A DNA stretch of 63,911 nucleotides, filler included, from Sphacelaria rigidula (Eukaryota), in NCBI GenBank assembly GCA_964200075.2. It is 8 parts of 8 records of this genome, joined end to end, with 100 filler letters (N's around TTAATTAATTAA, not from the genome) between each part and the next. Parts side by side here need not be neighbours in the genome. Positions count along the whole stretch, not along the records: positions 8,003 to 15,904 come from CAXNAA020013046.1; positions 16,005 to 23,906 come from CAXNAA020013047.1; positions 24,007 to 31,907 come from CAXNAA020013048.1; 5 more parts are not named here. One strand, written 5' to 3'. The translations under genes and the position numbers were made by a program. Shown here in pieces: positions 13,463 through 27,100 of the stretch. The notes beneath the pieces are model-generated. The model was given only the letters and a program-made list of their open reading frames with translations, had not been told where the DNA came from and made no database searches. Within the stretch, counting starts at the first letter, position 1; each line of letters begins with the position of its first letter.

Positions 13463-14410
13463 CCCTTTTGGGACCGGACCCCCAATAATATAAAACAAGT
13501 CTTCGAGCGACCTTCCCAATCACGGCGAGGCGAAATTCATCGACCAGACCCTAACGACCAGCGCGGGGATTGTTGTCGGATATGATGCCACTGCAAAGAT
13601 CGTGTGGGGACCCTATCCCTGGCCCAGATATGCCTTCCCAGGTTTCCAAATGCAGGGCGGTCGCAGCTTGATTTTATGGTATTACTTGCACTCAGTATAC
13701 CGTTCCCGAGTTTTTCCGGTATTTTTTTGGGCCCCAGATCTATACTAAAACGTAGCTATTTACGAAAACATAAGGTCGACCAGAAAAACTCGGGAAGGAG
13801 TGTACATGCTACCATGTGGTCATTTTCATGAGGCATAAAATCCAGATGAGCTCTGGAAACACAAAAGGATGTACTGTCATGAGTTCTGTGCATCCCTCTG
13901 CCGATGACCTGCAGGGTGCAGTCAACATGTATTTAGTGGGCGGGGATGAAGAAGCGGTATAGAGGCAGCTGCTGCTTCAGTCGGAGAGGCCTACTACAGT
14001 GTACTGTACTATTCTGTTGTATGTATGCGCGCCGCAGCGCTGATACCCTTCGAAGAGAAGTTGCCGCATGCAACAAAGGGAGCAATGACGGCCCGCCCCG
14101 ACCACAAAGGGCTGTGTGGCAAGGTGATGGGGACAAACGTATCATCCAAACCCACAAGCGGAGGGCGGCCCGCCGGTCGCCGCATCCTGTCGGAAGCTCT
14201 CTACCGCGACACATACTGCTTGGTGCATCAGATGTACACCTAATGCGCACCCTGCACCTGGAAACAGACTAGATGAAACTTTCGGTCTTCGTCATAACCC
14301 TGCAGTTACATACGCGGATTTTCAGCAACACTTCACTGTTTCGTTTCGACGCCAGACACGTCATTCCTGACCAGCCTCTTGGTCGTTCTGGAGGCCCGGT
14401 CCCAAAGGGG
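13463..14410 (+). mobile_element. Internally deleted piggyBac-like element, 948 bp
   Basis: TTAA|CCCTTTTGGGACCGG ... CCGGTCCCAAAGGGG|TTAA; internal remnants W-K-x-TKGCTVMSSVH (cf. WxDxKxVxxLSTxH) and a Cys-rich RDTYCLVHQMY.CAPC. Confidence 0.8.
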
Positions 14411-14949
14411 TTAAGGTAGCGTTTATTTCTTCCTTCGTGGTGGTTACGGTTGGCCGTGAGGTTGGAAGTCCTCACCTGCTTATACTGATGAACTATGGTT
14501 GATGTTAGAGTCATTGTTTCTCGTCGTTTTGTTCGAAGCTTCCTCGCGTGCGAGAACCGTGGCGTTGACACCTGCGGCACTGCTGCCACGCGCGTCAGTC
14601 GTGGCTTGCCTATCTCTGCTCGATACCCAAAGCAGTACATTTGGGTCGGTTTTTTCCATACTTAATCCAAATTAAAAATGATGATCTTCGAAACAATATC
14701 TTACACTAGACGCTCGGACTGAATAGAAGGAAACTGCCGTTCGTCTGTATCGCCCCGCAAAAGCAGGCGCCGGAAGAGTATCCATGACGAACGGCCAAGT
14801 TGTATGTGTACACACAGAATCTGAAAACGCCGTAGTGTGGACACTACCAATACGACGCACTGCACCCATGCATAGCAATCCAGTCTTTTCTTTCTAGCGT
14901 TACTGACCACTGCCACCTAATCACGCCGCGACGGGGGGGGGCAGGGGGC

Positions 14950-15805
14950 CCGGTCTGCGTGCGCTGGCAGAGCGCAGTACAATGCAGTGCGATGTGCGCT
15001 GTTACAAATATATATATATATCCACAATAATGTAACGAAAAAGCCTACCGGTAGTGCGCTGCTGTCGAACGGTCTGTAATCTTACTGTCGGGGGCTTGCT
15101 CCCACGTGGGCTTCAAGAGTTGGGTGTCGAAATGACATCCTTCATCTACAGACAGCAGAGCAGGAGAGCATCAGAGTCGCTACAGTAAAATAGCGAAGAA
15201 CAGCCGGTCCGAATTTAAGAACCGGCAGCCGACGCACGATACACTGCAAATTTATGCTCGACTGAACGACCTGGGAATGATCCCACAGTCACCTCATTCG
15301 CTCACTCAGCACGCAGGCAGTCGCTGGAGCCATGTTGTTTACTTCGCGCCCGCATCGCAGAACAGTCGATACGGTGAGGCAAGCTAAAGCACAACAAGGG
15401 TGACTGCTGCATGCAAAGCAAAATGTACAAACATTCTGGGCACCACCGATACGACTCACTGCTGCATCCATGCACAGCAATTCAGTGTTTTTTGTCAGCA
15501 TCACAAACCACCGTCACCTAGCCTGGACACCCATCGGCCAATTACGGGGGGTCCGACGTACGTGCGCTGCTAAAACGCAGTAGAACGCAGTGCGATGTAC
15601 CTTGGTATAAAGAAACTATATCCACAACAATGTAACGAATAAGCGTAGTGCGCTGCTGTCGAATGTTCTGTATTCTTACTGTCGGGAGCTTCCTCCCGCG
15701 TGGGTTTCAAGAATGGGGTGTTAGCATAACATGCTTCATGTACAGACAGCATAGCGGTAGAGCATCAGAGTCATTACAGTAAAATAGCGGACTGCAACCC
15801 GGCTG
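14950..15805 (+). repeat. Two diverged direct copies of a ~260-bp repeat (14950-15210 and 15550-15805)
   Basis: Shared blocks TATCCACAA-AATGTAACGAA, GTAGTGCGCTGCTGTCGAA, TCTTACTGTCGGG and AGAGCATCAGAGTC..TACAGTAAAATAGCG. Confidence 0.75.
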
Positions 15806-16712
15806 ATGCGCCCACATATACCGAAAGGTGTAGACTGGCGTCCATAATAGATGGGATGACAACACACACACACACACCCACACACAGCCGGCAGCGAACA
15901 CACGNNNNNNNNNNNNNNNNNNNNNNNNNNNNNNNNNNNNNNNNNNNNTTAATTAATTAANNNNNNNNNNNNNNNNNNNNNNNNNNNNNNNNNNNNNNNN
16001 NNNNAGGGGCGGACCCCCGGTGGCGTTGGCGTCGGTTGGCGATGACGCCATAGAACACGCCACTCACTGCGTAAGCTAGGCAACCAGGTTACCGTCTTTT
16101 TTTGCGCGCTTGCGGTTTTTTTGCGGGAACTATGATGGTAGTCGAGCGAGATCATGTTGTGCGACGTGAGAGAACCTCAAGTCCGCACATTGGGGATGAT
16201 CGTACTACGTAGTGTTTGTATGGTGAGACACCCATCAGGCAGTATATAAGACGTGGCTGTCTCAGGAACTGGCGATACCAGAAAATAAAGCAATTCGTTG
16301 TAGGTTGTCATCCAAATGCAAGATAATCAGCAGGCTTCGGGCCGAACGATGTTCACAGGATGCAGCTCATCCTTCATACGACTCGCCGAACGCACCACGG
16401 CGCTTCGCGCTTGGTGATTGAGGGCGAGCCTGGTCCGGCGAAAGCCCGGCGTGGTCCGTCCCGGCTTTGTAGGGATGCGAGGTCAATGGTCTGATGACTA
16501 TGGCATGCATGATCATGAGCACCCTCCCCCCCTCAGAATCGTCGTCTCATACTGTGTTGTGTTATGCTGTGTGTCCTAGATGTCATTTTGAAATCACAGC
16601 AACATAAGATCCGCCACCTTGCTCCCCATCCACAGCCCGTGTCTTTCCCCCCTCTCTGTCTCTCTCTATCCTTATCTCTCTTTGAATTCCCGGTTTCCAA
16701 ATGAAACGCAAG

Positions 16713-16787
16713 GGTGTGTACAAAGTGGACCGCGTCCTCTTCGTTGACGAGCTGGCGACGAGCGTGAAGAAGATCAGCCCTGAGAAG
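16713..16787 (+). CDS. PEPD: Xaa-Pro dipeptidase (prolidase), internal exon
   Basis: aag|GVYKVDRVLFVDELATSVKKISPEK|gtacg, phase 0/0; aligns to prolidase KYAVDDVQYVDEIASVL. Confidence 0.8.
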
Positions 16788-18983
16788 GTACGACAAATCG
16801 CTTGTAATAGCAGCAATAGTAGTGCTGGTGTCCAGCGATGAAACCATCGTGCTGTTCCGCGCTGCTGTAGTCGCACACGATCCCGTGATAACGTTGATAC
16901 CCTGCTCAAGATTGGGAGGGCGGGGAGGGGGGCGTACTTATTTGTTGCTTGCCTTAGTCGTTTGATCATTGAGCACGCATCCCTTTCGAGACGGAGTATG
17001 GCGGAAGGCCGGAGCGGGGGAAGGCGCGGGCGGGGTACTGATTTGTTGCTTGCCTTGAAGGGATGCTACGGTAGGGGTGCACAAATATGTTCTGAGGTGA
17101 GAAATGTTTGGAGCCTTTTATCTAATCCAAAACACGACTTGTGAAATATCTGAGATTACGACAGGACTACTATTGCGATGTGCTAGGGATATCCCTAATG
17201 AAATTGCGAACGGGGATGCCCTGACCTATACAATTGTCCATTGAGAGTTGTTGATAGCCCCTGAACTAGACAGTATTTCGCGCAAAAAGTGCAACCCCTA
17301 CCGTAGCATTGCTCTTTTGTCGTCTGACCATTCACCAAGCATCCTTTTCGAGCCGGAGAACCGTTCCGTTGATACTTTCAACAAAGAAACCTCCAACATT
17401 CGGGCGCACATTACGAATCTTCAGTACCTTACACAAAGCGTTGTGCATGTATTATTCCCTTCCTGGGTCGCCGTACGTGGCCACCATCTATCGCCCACTA
17501 TATAGCGACAGTTACCTTGCTACTGTCTGTAGTGTATCAAACAATTTCATGCCACCTTCATTTACTTCCCGCATTCCCCCGACTAATACGTCCTGTTCCT
17601 CCTTGTATAGTAAAGTTCACATTCTGCCAGTAGGGGTAGGGGGGCGGGGGGAGGCCGGGAGAAACAGCACCCACACCGACCTCATATCAACCCAGTGAAG
17701 TGAATCCTTCTCAATTTGGCTCACGAAAATTCATGGCTGAAAGTACATGGCTGAAAATGCTTGTTTTTGATACGAGCATTTTCCCAGATGTTTACAGCGC
17801 TCGCAGTCCCGAGTGTGTGACGAGCGTGCTCACTTTGGATCTTGGCTCAAACTTGGATGTACGAGTTGTGTTTCTGTAGGGGTTCCATGGATGTCACGGG
17901 CCGCGCAGTTAACGACTTTTGGCTTCGTTCGGCCCATCGAGGTCAATAAAAGACCACGTCGGAAGAAGAATACAAGAAGAAAAGGGCGGACGTACGTACC
18001 ACAACCTGGAAAATGACAATAGAGGACATCCGCAAAAAAGTGTACTGCGAATTGGCAAAAGAGTGTAGTGCGTACAGTATCGGATGTATTGTCTAAAATA
18101 TTGCAATAATAGAAGATATTGTAGTTCCGATACGGTACGCAGTTTTTTTTATTCATTTAGGTCGACCATCTCTTTCTGTGCTTCCCTTTTGTTGAATTTT
18201 TGTTTTGTCTTTTTTTTTTTTTCAAGTCTTGGTCTACTATGTCGTTCTGTTCGATTTTTTTCTGTTCCTTCTTTTCTTCAGCGAGTGTTTCAGTTTTTCT
18301 TTTCTTGGATACGTCTGTCATGCGACTACAGCTGGACCCATGGGTGGTCAGTTAAAGTGCTACAACCAATATAAAAAAAAACGCAGTACAAGTTTTGCCA
18401 ATGTTGTCCATAGTCCAGGAAATAGAACGTGCCCTGAGTACCGTTTCAGCAGCTGTGGGTCTCTGCTATGGCGAATCGTTCGCAGTCGATGGAACATGAC
18501 TTATTGAACGCAAATCATGGACGAAGTATCACTTTGACATGACGCCAATGTAGCGGATGGACGCGGAGGGATTTGGGGGTTATTGACCCTCATTTCGACA
18601 AATAGATATTTGCGTACTGTGTAGTTTGTGCATCTTGAGCGGTTCTGGAATATCTTCAGACGTGATTTGTATGACGGATCGCTTCTTTTCACGAAGCCTT
18701 GATTCACATGTCGTGTTGTACCGGTTCGGATGTATGTTTTTAGCAAAGAATACAACACGGGTGGGGATGGTGCATGGCATGCGTTGGTTGTATGGCCGGT
18801 TCGGATCCCGGAATCTCTCGAGAAACGTGTGGTTGGACAATTTTATGTTTGTTCTCCTTCATTTTTTTCGTGTTTTAGCCTTCCCTTTCGAGTTGACCTT
18901 AGCGAGCACTTCCGTTTGTTTGCCCTGGCTACGTATATTTCATGACCACCGCTGCATTCCATGGATATCGAGAGAAAAGTTAA

Positions 18984-19330
18984 CGGGGTACGATGCCCGA
19001 TATCTGCTGCAAACAAACAGCAATATCGATACAGTACAATATCCGATGTGTCGTATCGCGTGATATCGCACGAAACCGGATGAGACATCGGGATATTCGT
19101 CTCCAAACTCCCCCAATTTGCTTATAATGTAGAACCAACATGAAGTCGTGCATTACGCATCCTGTATCTCGCGACATCTCGATGCCATGTCGTATCCCGT
19201 ATCTCGCGGTATACTGGGGAGTACGACATACGATATGGCATCGAGATATCGCGCAATTTTAGGCCGTATTGGTACGATATATTCCAGATATATCGTAGTA
19301 GATATATCGAGATCTGGGACACGATACCCA
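18984..19330. mobile_element. MITE-like intronic repeat rich in GATATC/CGAT palindromes
   Basis: Imperfect inverted ends GGGTACGATGCCCGATATC / GAGATCTGGGACACGATACCC with repeated internal GATATC motifs. Confidence 0.45.
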
Positions 19331-19523
19331 TCTCTACAAAAAAAAGGACTTGTGTGTGACAAGCAATCGGCCGACCGATCAACCAACCGATGCACCAATC
19401 AACCAACGGACGGACCAATGAATCGATCGATGGACCCATCCACCGACCAATCGATCCATCCACCGACCAATCGGTCTCTGAAACAATGCAGTGGGCGCGT
19501 TGTCTTGTTTTGTTCTGGTTCAG

Positions 19524-19721
19524 GTGTACCTTAACAAAGGATACAACACGGACGGTAAGGCGTGGTCGACGCCTGCGAGCACGGAAGACCTAGAGGGGCT
19601 AGAGTGTGATACATCTCCGACTCTGTACGATGCTGTGGTGGAGTGCCGCGTTATCAAGACCCCTCAAGAGATCGAGATGATGCAGCATATCACCGATCTT
19701 AGCAGCGAGGCTCACTTCGAG
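19524..19721 (+). CDS. PEPD: Xaa-Pro dipeptidase (prolidase), internal exon
   Basis: cag|VYLNKGYNTDG...VVECRVIKTPQEIEMMQHITDLSSEAHFE|gtgag; prolidase ECRVxKT..E...SSEAH motif. Confidence 0.93.
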
Positions 19722-22010
19722 GTGAGAGACGAATTCACATGGTCGTATTTTATACGACGTCCTACCTGAAACCTTGGAAAGGGACCGCTCGAAGTTTTCA
19801 TGGGACCGTTCTTTGTCCGGCGTCTCGGTCAGCTTATTTTGTTCCATGAAAGGCTTTGTTGTGTTTTTTTTTGCTTTTACAATAGTATTCGCGCGGCAAT
19901 AGTAAAGTCGGCTGTGTTTACTCAAGTCCCTGACCATGTCTGATGTGTTGGGCCATAATTTTTTTTCCCTCAAATATTCGGCGATTTTTGTGTTTCGTTT
20001 TTCTTGCCGTTCGCGCATTATGATACTACCCTTCGTGGGTGAACGTTCGTAAAAGAGTCAATCGGCCCGAAAATGACCACGTTGTGATATTTTCCCTCTC
20101 CGTGAAAAACATGAAGACCTGAACGAGAAACCCCGGAGAAAACTTCCCGGCCAAGAACAAGAAGTTTCTCCACTTTCAATCTTCCTCCATATGCATCGAC
20201 GCTGAGCTGTACTTATCGGGCAAATCAGAGTTATAAGATGATCTGCATCCAGCGTGCGAACACCTAAAAATTGCCAATTTTGGTCGAAATAGCCCCAAAA
20301 ATAAGCAATTCCGACCAAACATGTCGAAGTTACCGTGACTTCTGACTCGGATCTTTTCGGGTTTTTTTTCCTGTGAGCATTCCCATTGTTTTTACGTTCT
20401 CAATAAACTTATCTTTAGCATGTAACTACGTCGGTTGGAGAGATACGATTCGCACCTCATAGCCGACTCTCACGTGTGGGACAGAGGTAGTATTCATACG
20501 ATCGTTTTGTTCAGTTTTTTACTCCTTCAGAGTATATTTATTTTATGAGTGATCTCATCATTGGGATAAATAAATTCGCCAAAATTGATTCTCAGGAAAC
20601 ATTGACGTCAGTTCTACAAGGAGACTTGATGTCAATTTGTTGGAGTCCACGTCAGTGAGCTCGCAAATATGTTGTACACGGGGGGGTCGCTAGTCTGGTA
20701 TGACTGCACTATACTGGGACCCCGGATTTTTTTTTTTTCGGTCACACTTTCAACCCCTTTCCTACCCAGGGACGAGTCCGTGGTCTAAAGGGATCAACCC
20801 ATCCCATCTATTCCCCGGTACACGCCGTGCATTTCGGTCTCGCGCATTGGATCATGACCATCAGCACTCCGTCCTGCATCCACCGCGTCTACTCTCGTCA
20901 AATAAGCTCAGTCAGCGTTTCTTTTTGTACTGCTATATAATTATGTATCGTGATTATGCGATGTCAGTGAAGTGGGTTAAACTCGTGACAAGTGGCTTTG
21001 ACCGCACTGTAGTGGGACCAACATCAAATGTTCAGCACAGAAAGTTGGATATGCACATGTTGGCACTCTGTTGTTTTGGTGTCTTTCCGTTTTGTCTTTT
21101 CTCTTGTGCGCGTTTCCCTCGGCAAGTGTCATGTATTGATAATGGGGGTGTGCCCATTATGTGATGGCTACACGACTGAATGCGTAGTAGGTACTCATGA
21201 TATTGCATGCCATAGTCCACCGACTGAATGCGTAGGTAGTGGATCGTTTGAGGCGAGGCAACATCCCAATTAAAGCGATCCACTAATTGTGGGGGTCCTC
21301 GTTGGTTGGATACGATGTATAGTGGTGCGCTCCTTCGCAATGACGTCGACGCATTTTTTCGATCACCCGAGCGTTTTTTTCGTGCGATAGGATACCTGGG
21401 ACACACTTCATGTGCGGCAGTATACATGAATATAATATGATCATATACAAGATTTGATGAAACATCGATTTTCAGAGCAGCTTCCAGCGCATTGTGTGGG
21501 CGGCGCTCTGAAGCGTGAATTGACTCCGCAGCGATACTCGTTCAATACGCCCAGCGGATTTATTTATTTTGCCCGCCTGCGTTTTTTTTTGTTTCTTTTT
21601 GACCGTGGCGCATGTATTCATTGACGGTTCATGCTGTGAACCTCGTTCCACTCATGCCCCGGGTCTCGGTGTGCCTTGCGTTAGGGTTAGGGTGAGGGCG
21701 AGGGTCAGCGTTATTTGTAAGATGTGTCAACCATGGATAGATTGTAGGCGACTGCGACAAAACCACCTCAACTAATCACCCGGGAGTGATGTTTGAAGGG
21801 GGGATGATATACACGATATCCCGGTATAGGCCTGTGGGTTGTGTCCAACAGAAGGCGAAAAGTCATCGACCAGAGGACGGTATTGAAGAATGACCGGAGG
21901 GGGTGTTATTCTAGGAGGACTGGGGGATATTATGCAAGGAAGGGGTGGCGTATATCGTGTTGGTGGGATCCACAATAACCTATGACAGCATCCTATGTGT
22001 GTGTGGGCAG

Positions 22011-22189
22011 GTAATGAGGCGCACGAAGCCTGGGATGCGCGAGTACCAGCTGGAGAGCATGTTCCGTCACTGGGTGTACTACAACGGCGGCTGCCGCCAC
22101 ACTGCCTACACCAGCATCTGCGGTTGCGGGCCTAACAGCGGCGTACTGCACTACGGCCACGCGGGTGCCCCGAACGACCGCACCATCGG
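22011..22189 (+). CDS. PEPD: Xaa-Pro dipeptidase (prolidase), internal exon
   Basis: cag|[18 protein letters not shown]...[27 protein letters not shown]|gtgagt; [11 protein letters not shown] signature. Confidence 0.96.
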
Positions 22190-22457
22190 GTGAGTATTTA
22201 ATTAGCTGGGGGGGATGTGGTGATGGGTTTTTTGGAATGAGGAAGTATTGCTTCAATATTTTTGTCTTTTCCTTGTGCGTGTGTGTTGGATTTTGTCGGA
22301 TCCCGATGAGTGAAACGTATTTTCTGAACCTCTTGAGCGCCAGGATGCCTATCGGAATATTATCACCGGCTGGCCTTTGAATATGGCACCCCCGATAGGG
22401 CCAATCTCTGGCATGTCGCCTGCACGAAGTCGACCGGTTGGGTGGGGCGCCATGTGA

Positions 22458-22640
<183 letters not shown>

Positions 22641-23577
22641 CTAGTTGCCATCACAGCGACACGATTGATGATGAAATAATGGTCAACATTTACTGCTGTA
22701 GTACGAATGTCTGTACGATATGTACACGGTCGCTTTCGATTTTATTCCGTACTACTTTTGGGTAAATTGTATTGCCGCAGTTGCCCACCATCTTTCATGG
22801 TTTCCCTATTTTCAACTTCTGTGGCTCAACTGACCCCTTCAGCCTAGTAGTAGTAAATATATCAATGACTGCGTGCGATTGGACGCGAGACCAAAGAAGC
22901 CAACATAACGCAGCAATGACGACGGTCAAGAGAAGAGTGGGTGGGGGGTGAGAACCCCCTGATGAAGGGTGTCGTTATGCCATGCGGTGCTTGTCTTGAT
23001 ACACCTGATATGCTTGTACTTATGGCTGTCCCTCGAGAGGCCGAAAGATGGAACCTTATGATTCTTAATTCTTTGGTTGGTGGTGTTTGGGGCCTTGAGT
23101 TTCGCCCGTAGTCCGATCCTATGTTCATTTATACTTGCTGTCGCGCGTCGAGTTGGAAAGCCGGGTGCCACCCCCTGATGTCCGAATGGCCACCTGGGGC
23201 ACCGGATCTTCTGAGGTTAGCCATATTTTTTCTCCTTTATTACTCATTCCTGTTTTGCTTATATCGCGTTTCGTGAGTTTTAATCTGGGTCTTTTTTTAT
23301 TTTATTCGCTCATAACTTATTATATAGGTAGCTAGCCTGTGACACGGAAGGCGGCCGCATCAGATGCCTAGTGCGAATGTACCGCGCAGATATCGGAACG
23401 GTTTTTTATTGTAAAGACAACAAAAACAACAACACGAGTGTATTGCCCACTTTTCGAGTCAGGACGATCCCGATTCACCAAATGATATATACCTGAAAGT
23501 TCAAAGGGTGAAGATCGTCGCTGCTGCGACCTGAATGCTTGCCCTGAACAACTTGCTCGCTACTGCTACCTCCGCAG

Positions 23578-23741
23578 GGAGGACGATATGCTCCTGTTGG
23601 ACATGGGTGGCGAGTACCACTGCTACGCTAGCGATATCACGTGCTCCTTTCCTGCCAACGGGAAATTCTCGGACGATCAGAAGATGGTGTTCGAGGCTGT
23701 GCGGGATATGGCTTTCGCGGTCATGGACGGAATGAAACCTG
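23578..23741 (+). CDS. PEPD: Xaa-Pro dipeptidase (prolidase), internal exon with metal-binding Asp residues
   Basis: cag|[42 protein letters not shown]...MKP G|gtgagt; the phase completes the Gly codon from the previous exon. 5' and 3' exons lie outside this contig. Confidence 0.96.
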
Positions 23742-24683
23742 GTGAGTGAGGAAGAAAATGTTGCTGTAATCGAGAGTTTCGGAAAACGCCTTCTTGTCAT
23801 TTCAGAGTGCAAATATCTCAGGATCAGAGTCGTGGCGTCGCTCTTCATATATATTTTTTCTCTATTTTGGTAATGCGTCTGGTAAGGAATAGCAGGGACG
23901 GTATTGNNNNNNNNNNNNNNNNNNNNNNNNNNNNNNNNNNNNNNNNNNNNTTAATTAATTAANNNNNNNNNNNNNNNNNNNNNNNNNNNNNNNNNNNNNN
24001 NNNNNNGAAAGTCATCTCTCTTGAATTTAGGTCAGGGAAAGCACGGCTTTTGAGTTGATCCTCATTTTTGTTTTCAACCCCATTTTCGAGAATCGGCTGT
24101 TACAAGCTCGTTCGAGCAACCGTTTCTCCTTTCAAGCACGATTTGACTTGGAATTTCGTGCAAGAAGTGGCCCAAAATAGCCCTTCCCTATCGTAGGATG
24201 ACTCAAACCACGGCCACATGATTGAAATGACTCTTGTAACCTGAGAAAAAGTGGCCGCTTAGGGTTAGGCCAAACCTGCGAAGATACGGTCGAACAGCAC
24301 TACCGAACTTTGCTGGCATTGGCATCCGCCAATCAGTACAGAACCAAACAGAAATCGACACTTCAACGTTCCTACTAGAAAGCAACGGGCATAAAACTGT
24401 TCGCAGGTAGGGAAACGGGGATTTTTATGCAGGAGAAACTCTGTTCCCCCGTGGGTGTTACATGCACTCGCAAAACCTCTGCCGTCGTTTTTTTATACCT
24501 GGCAGGACGACGGGAAAGTCACAGTTCCTCAGGTAACGAAAATCATTTCAATCATGCGGACGTAGTTCAGAAAATGGAACTGTTTTGTTTCTATAGCTGT
24601 TCCAAAGTTCGGCACATAATATACATACTTTCACCGTGTGTAACCTCTCTGCGGACGGCAGTCTGTAGAGTAGAGCAACGAAA

Positions 24684-25344
24684 GCACCAGATTGCAGCGT
24701 TGACGCACCCCTCTGCACCACGCTAGCAACAGTTAGGTCGCCACAATAGGTATCCTTCTTCACTCAGCATGTCAAGAAGATCTCCACAAGTGCTTGATCT
24801 TTCTCACACACACACCCCAACTGACCCGTGGCAGGCTCTTGTGGTCGGGCACCTGGATTGTCACCTATGTCATGTCGGGTAAAATCAACAATGAACAACA
24901 CTCCCCCCTCCCCATGTTGAAATTGGATCTGTTATTTTTGCCGCAGCGCACCGCCCTTGCTGGCATGTGTGTGACAGAGAATAGTAGCAACGGTGACGGG
25001 AACACTGCCCTGTTTTTCAACGACATGTTCTGCAGCGCACAGAGGCGCGTCTTGTCCAAAACGAGAGGCAGAGAGAAATCGATATTCGCATTGGTGAGCT
25101 CCACAGGCAAGAAGAGATGAAATCTTTCCGCACCTCGATGTTCTGTGGGGGGCTGTGCGCAGCAATATAATAACATACCTACCGGCACATGAGAAATTCG
25201 GTGCGTGCTGGTAGCATGCATGATGCCAGTCTCTCGAGCGATTGGTAATCGCCGAGCGAGGATACACAAAGGACACGGGCGAGGAGCTTCCTCTCTGTCG
25301 TTGCTTCTCTCTTTTTTGGTGATATCGCCATCGACACGCGTGTA
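24684..25344 (+). repeat. ~650-bp interspersed repeat; inverted second copy at 30466-31313
   Basis: Continuous reverse-complement homology between the two segments; the second copy carries the 30707-30917 MITE. Confidence 0.85.
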
Positions 25345-25608
25345 CACCGCATCCGTTGCGTGCACCTAGCCACACCTGATTCATTGCTGCAGAGGTTTGG
25401 GGGGGAGATGCTTTCGCTCTGTGTGACTGTTTCGCCTTCTCTGCCAAAACCGATATGCCAATTTTGAACCTTATTCTAGAGGTCGATCCCATTTTCCAGG
25501 ATCCACTATTAATATACGAATACCCCCCCCCGGGCATTTGCTATATCAACGAGTAGTTTCCTTTGATAAACTCTCAGAACTCTCAGCAAATATATATTTC
25601 TTCACTCA

Positions 25609-27100
25609 CTACCCAACGAAACATTTGGGTGGTAAAGCTCCACAAGGTAACGCTTTGGTCAGAAGATCAGCGTGTTGCTCGTTACTCCGTACGTGTTCGA
25701 ACGTTATCGTGTTCGTGTCCACGAACTCCCCAAGAAAATGATGACGAATATCTTTACGCTTACTGCTCGATGAGCTTATTGGATTTTCAGCTAAAGTAAT
25801 CGCACCCTCGTGGTCATCCGACACCCTCATCGTCCCTGCTTTCGTGTCAGCTGAAAGAAAATCGACAATTTCGTCTATAAACAAAACTTCTTCGACACCA
25901 TCCCCCATAGCCACATACTCTGCTTTCGTGGTCGAAAGTGTAACGCTTTTCTGCGTCCTAGAGTACCATGCTGCTTTTGATCTACCACACAAAACTCCAC
26001 CACCCGATACCGATTTTCTCGCCTCGTCACCCTTCCCGTAGTCCGGATCCACATACACCGTTGTTTCTATGTTTACACCAGGTTCTGCACGATATGTGAG
26101 CCCTAGGTTCACTGTTAAATGCAGGGACTCGAAAATCGTTTGTACCACTGCCTTCCATTGGGTTTCTGCGGATCGTGCGAGTGTCGCGCCACGGCCCTCA
26201 CTGCGTTGGAGATGTCAGGCCTGGTTTGATTGGCCATCCACATCAAACACCCCCCACCATTTCGCGAAGCGGCACATCCTTGACATCTTCGTCACCATTC
26301 ACGGACCCGAGATTCATTGAAGTAGAGGCGGAAAGAGAGTTGGAGCGGCAAAGATCAAAATGTTCAAGTACGCTTCTAATATAACTTGTTTGTGACAACT
26401 CGAGAACCCTGTTCTTCTTGTCGCGTTTGTACCCCACTCCCATGCATCATGTGAGATTGCCTAGATGCTCAGTTTGCAGTGTGTCATTAAGTGCTTCCAC
26501 TACTATCTTACCCACACTACTTGCCCCTCCCAAAACGATATCATCTACATGCAAAACGACTGCTCCCACCAAGTCACCATCAACTAGCAATCGCAATATC
26601 CATGGACCCGACAGGTGATGCTCGAAACCAATTTTCACAAGTCTCGACACCGACAGTTTGTAGAACTTGTCTGGCACTCTGTTGAAGTCCATAAATGGAT
26701 CTATTGAGGCGGACAATGTTTCCTGACATTGATCCGCGACCTGGGAGCAGACTCATATATATATATATATATATATATACATATCATAGTCCAAACCCGA
26801 GTGAGTGAACGCCTGCTGCTGTATGTTGAAATGGCTGAGATCCTATCCATACGCGTCTGCCAACGCTACGAGGAGACGAATTGTTGCAGCATTCGCAGTA
26901 GGTGAAAACACCTCAAGGAAATCAATCTCGTGCCGTTGACTAAAACCTGTTGCCACAAGCCTAGCTTTGCCTTCAAGATTTCGCCGTGGACATCAGTTGT
27001 CCACTTGAAAATTCATTTCGCGTTCACTATGTTACTCCCTTCCGGAGCCGACCCTACTAAGGTGAACGTCCCTACAGCACGCAACCCCTCGAGCTCTAAA
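25609..27100 (-). pseudogene. Copia RT and RNase H remnants
   Basis: ORF fragments 26447-26716, 26243-26443 and 25609-26148 with Copia motifs; interrupted by (TA)n at ~26755-26785. Confidence 0.88.

Noticed and set aside
14039..14123. Host exon bounded by cag/gt
   Set aside because: Lies inside the piggyBac-like element and is better explained as a transposase remnant.
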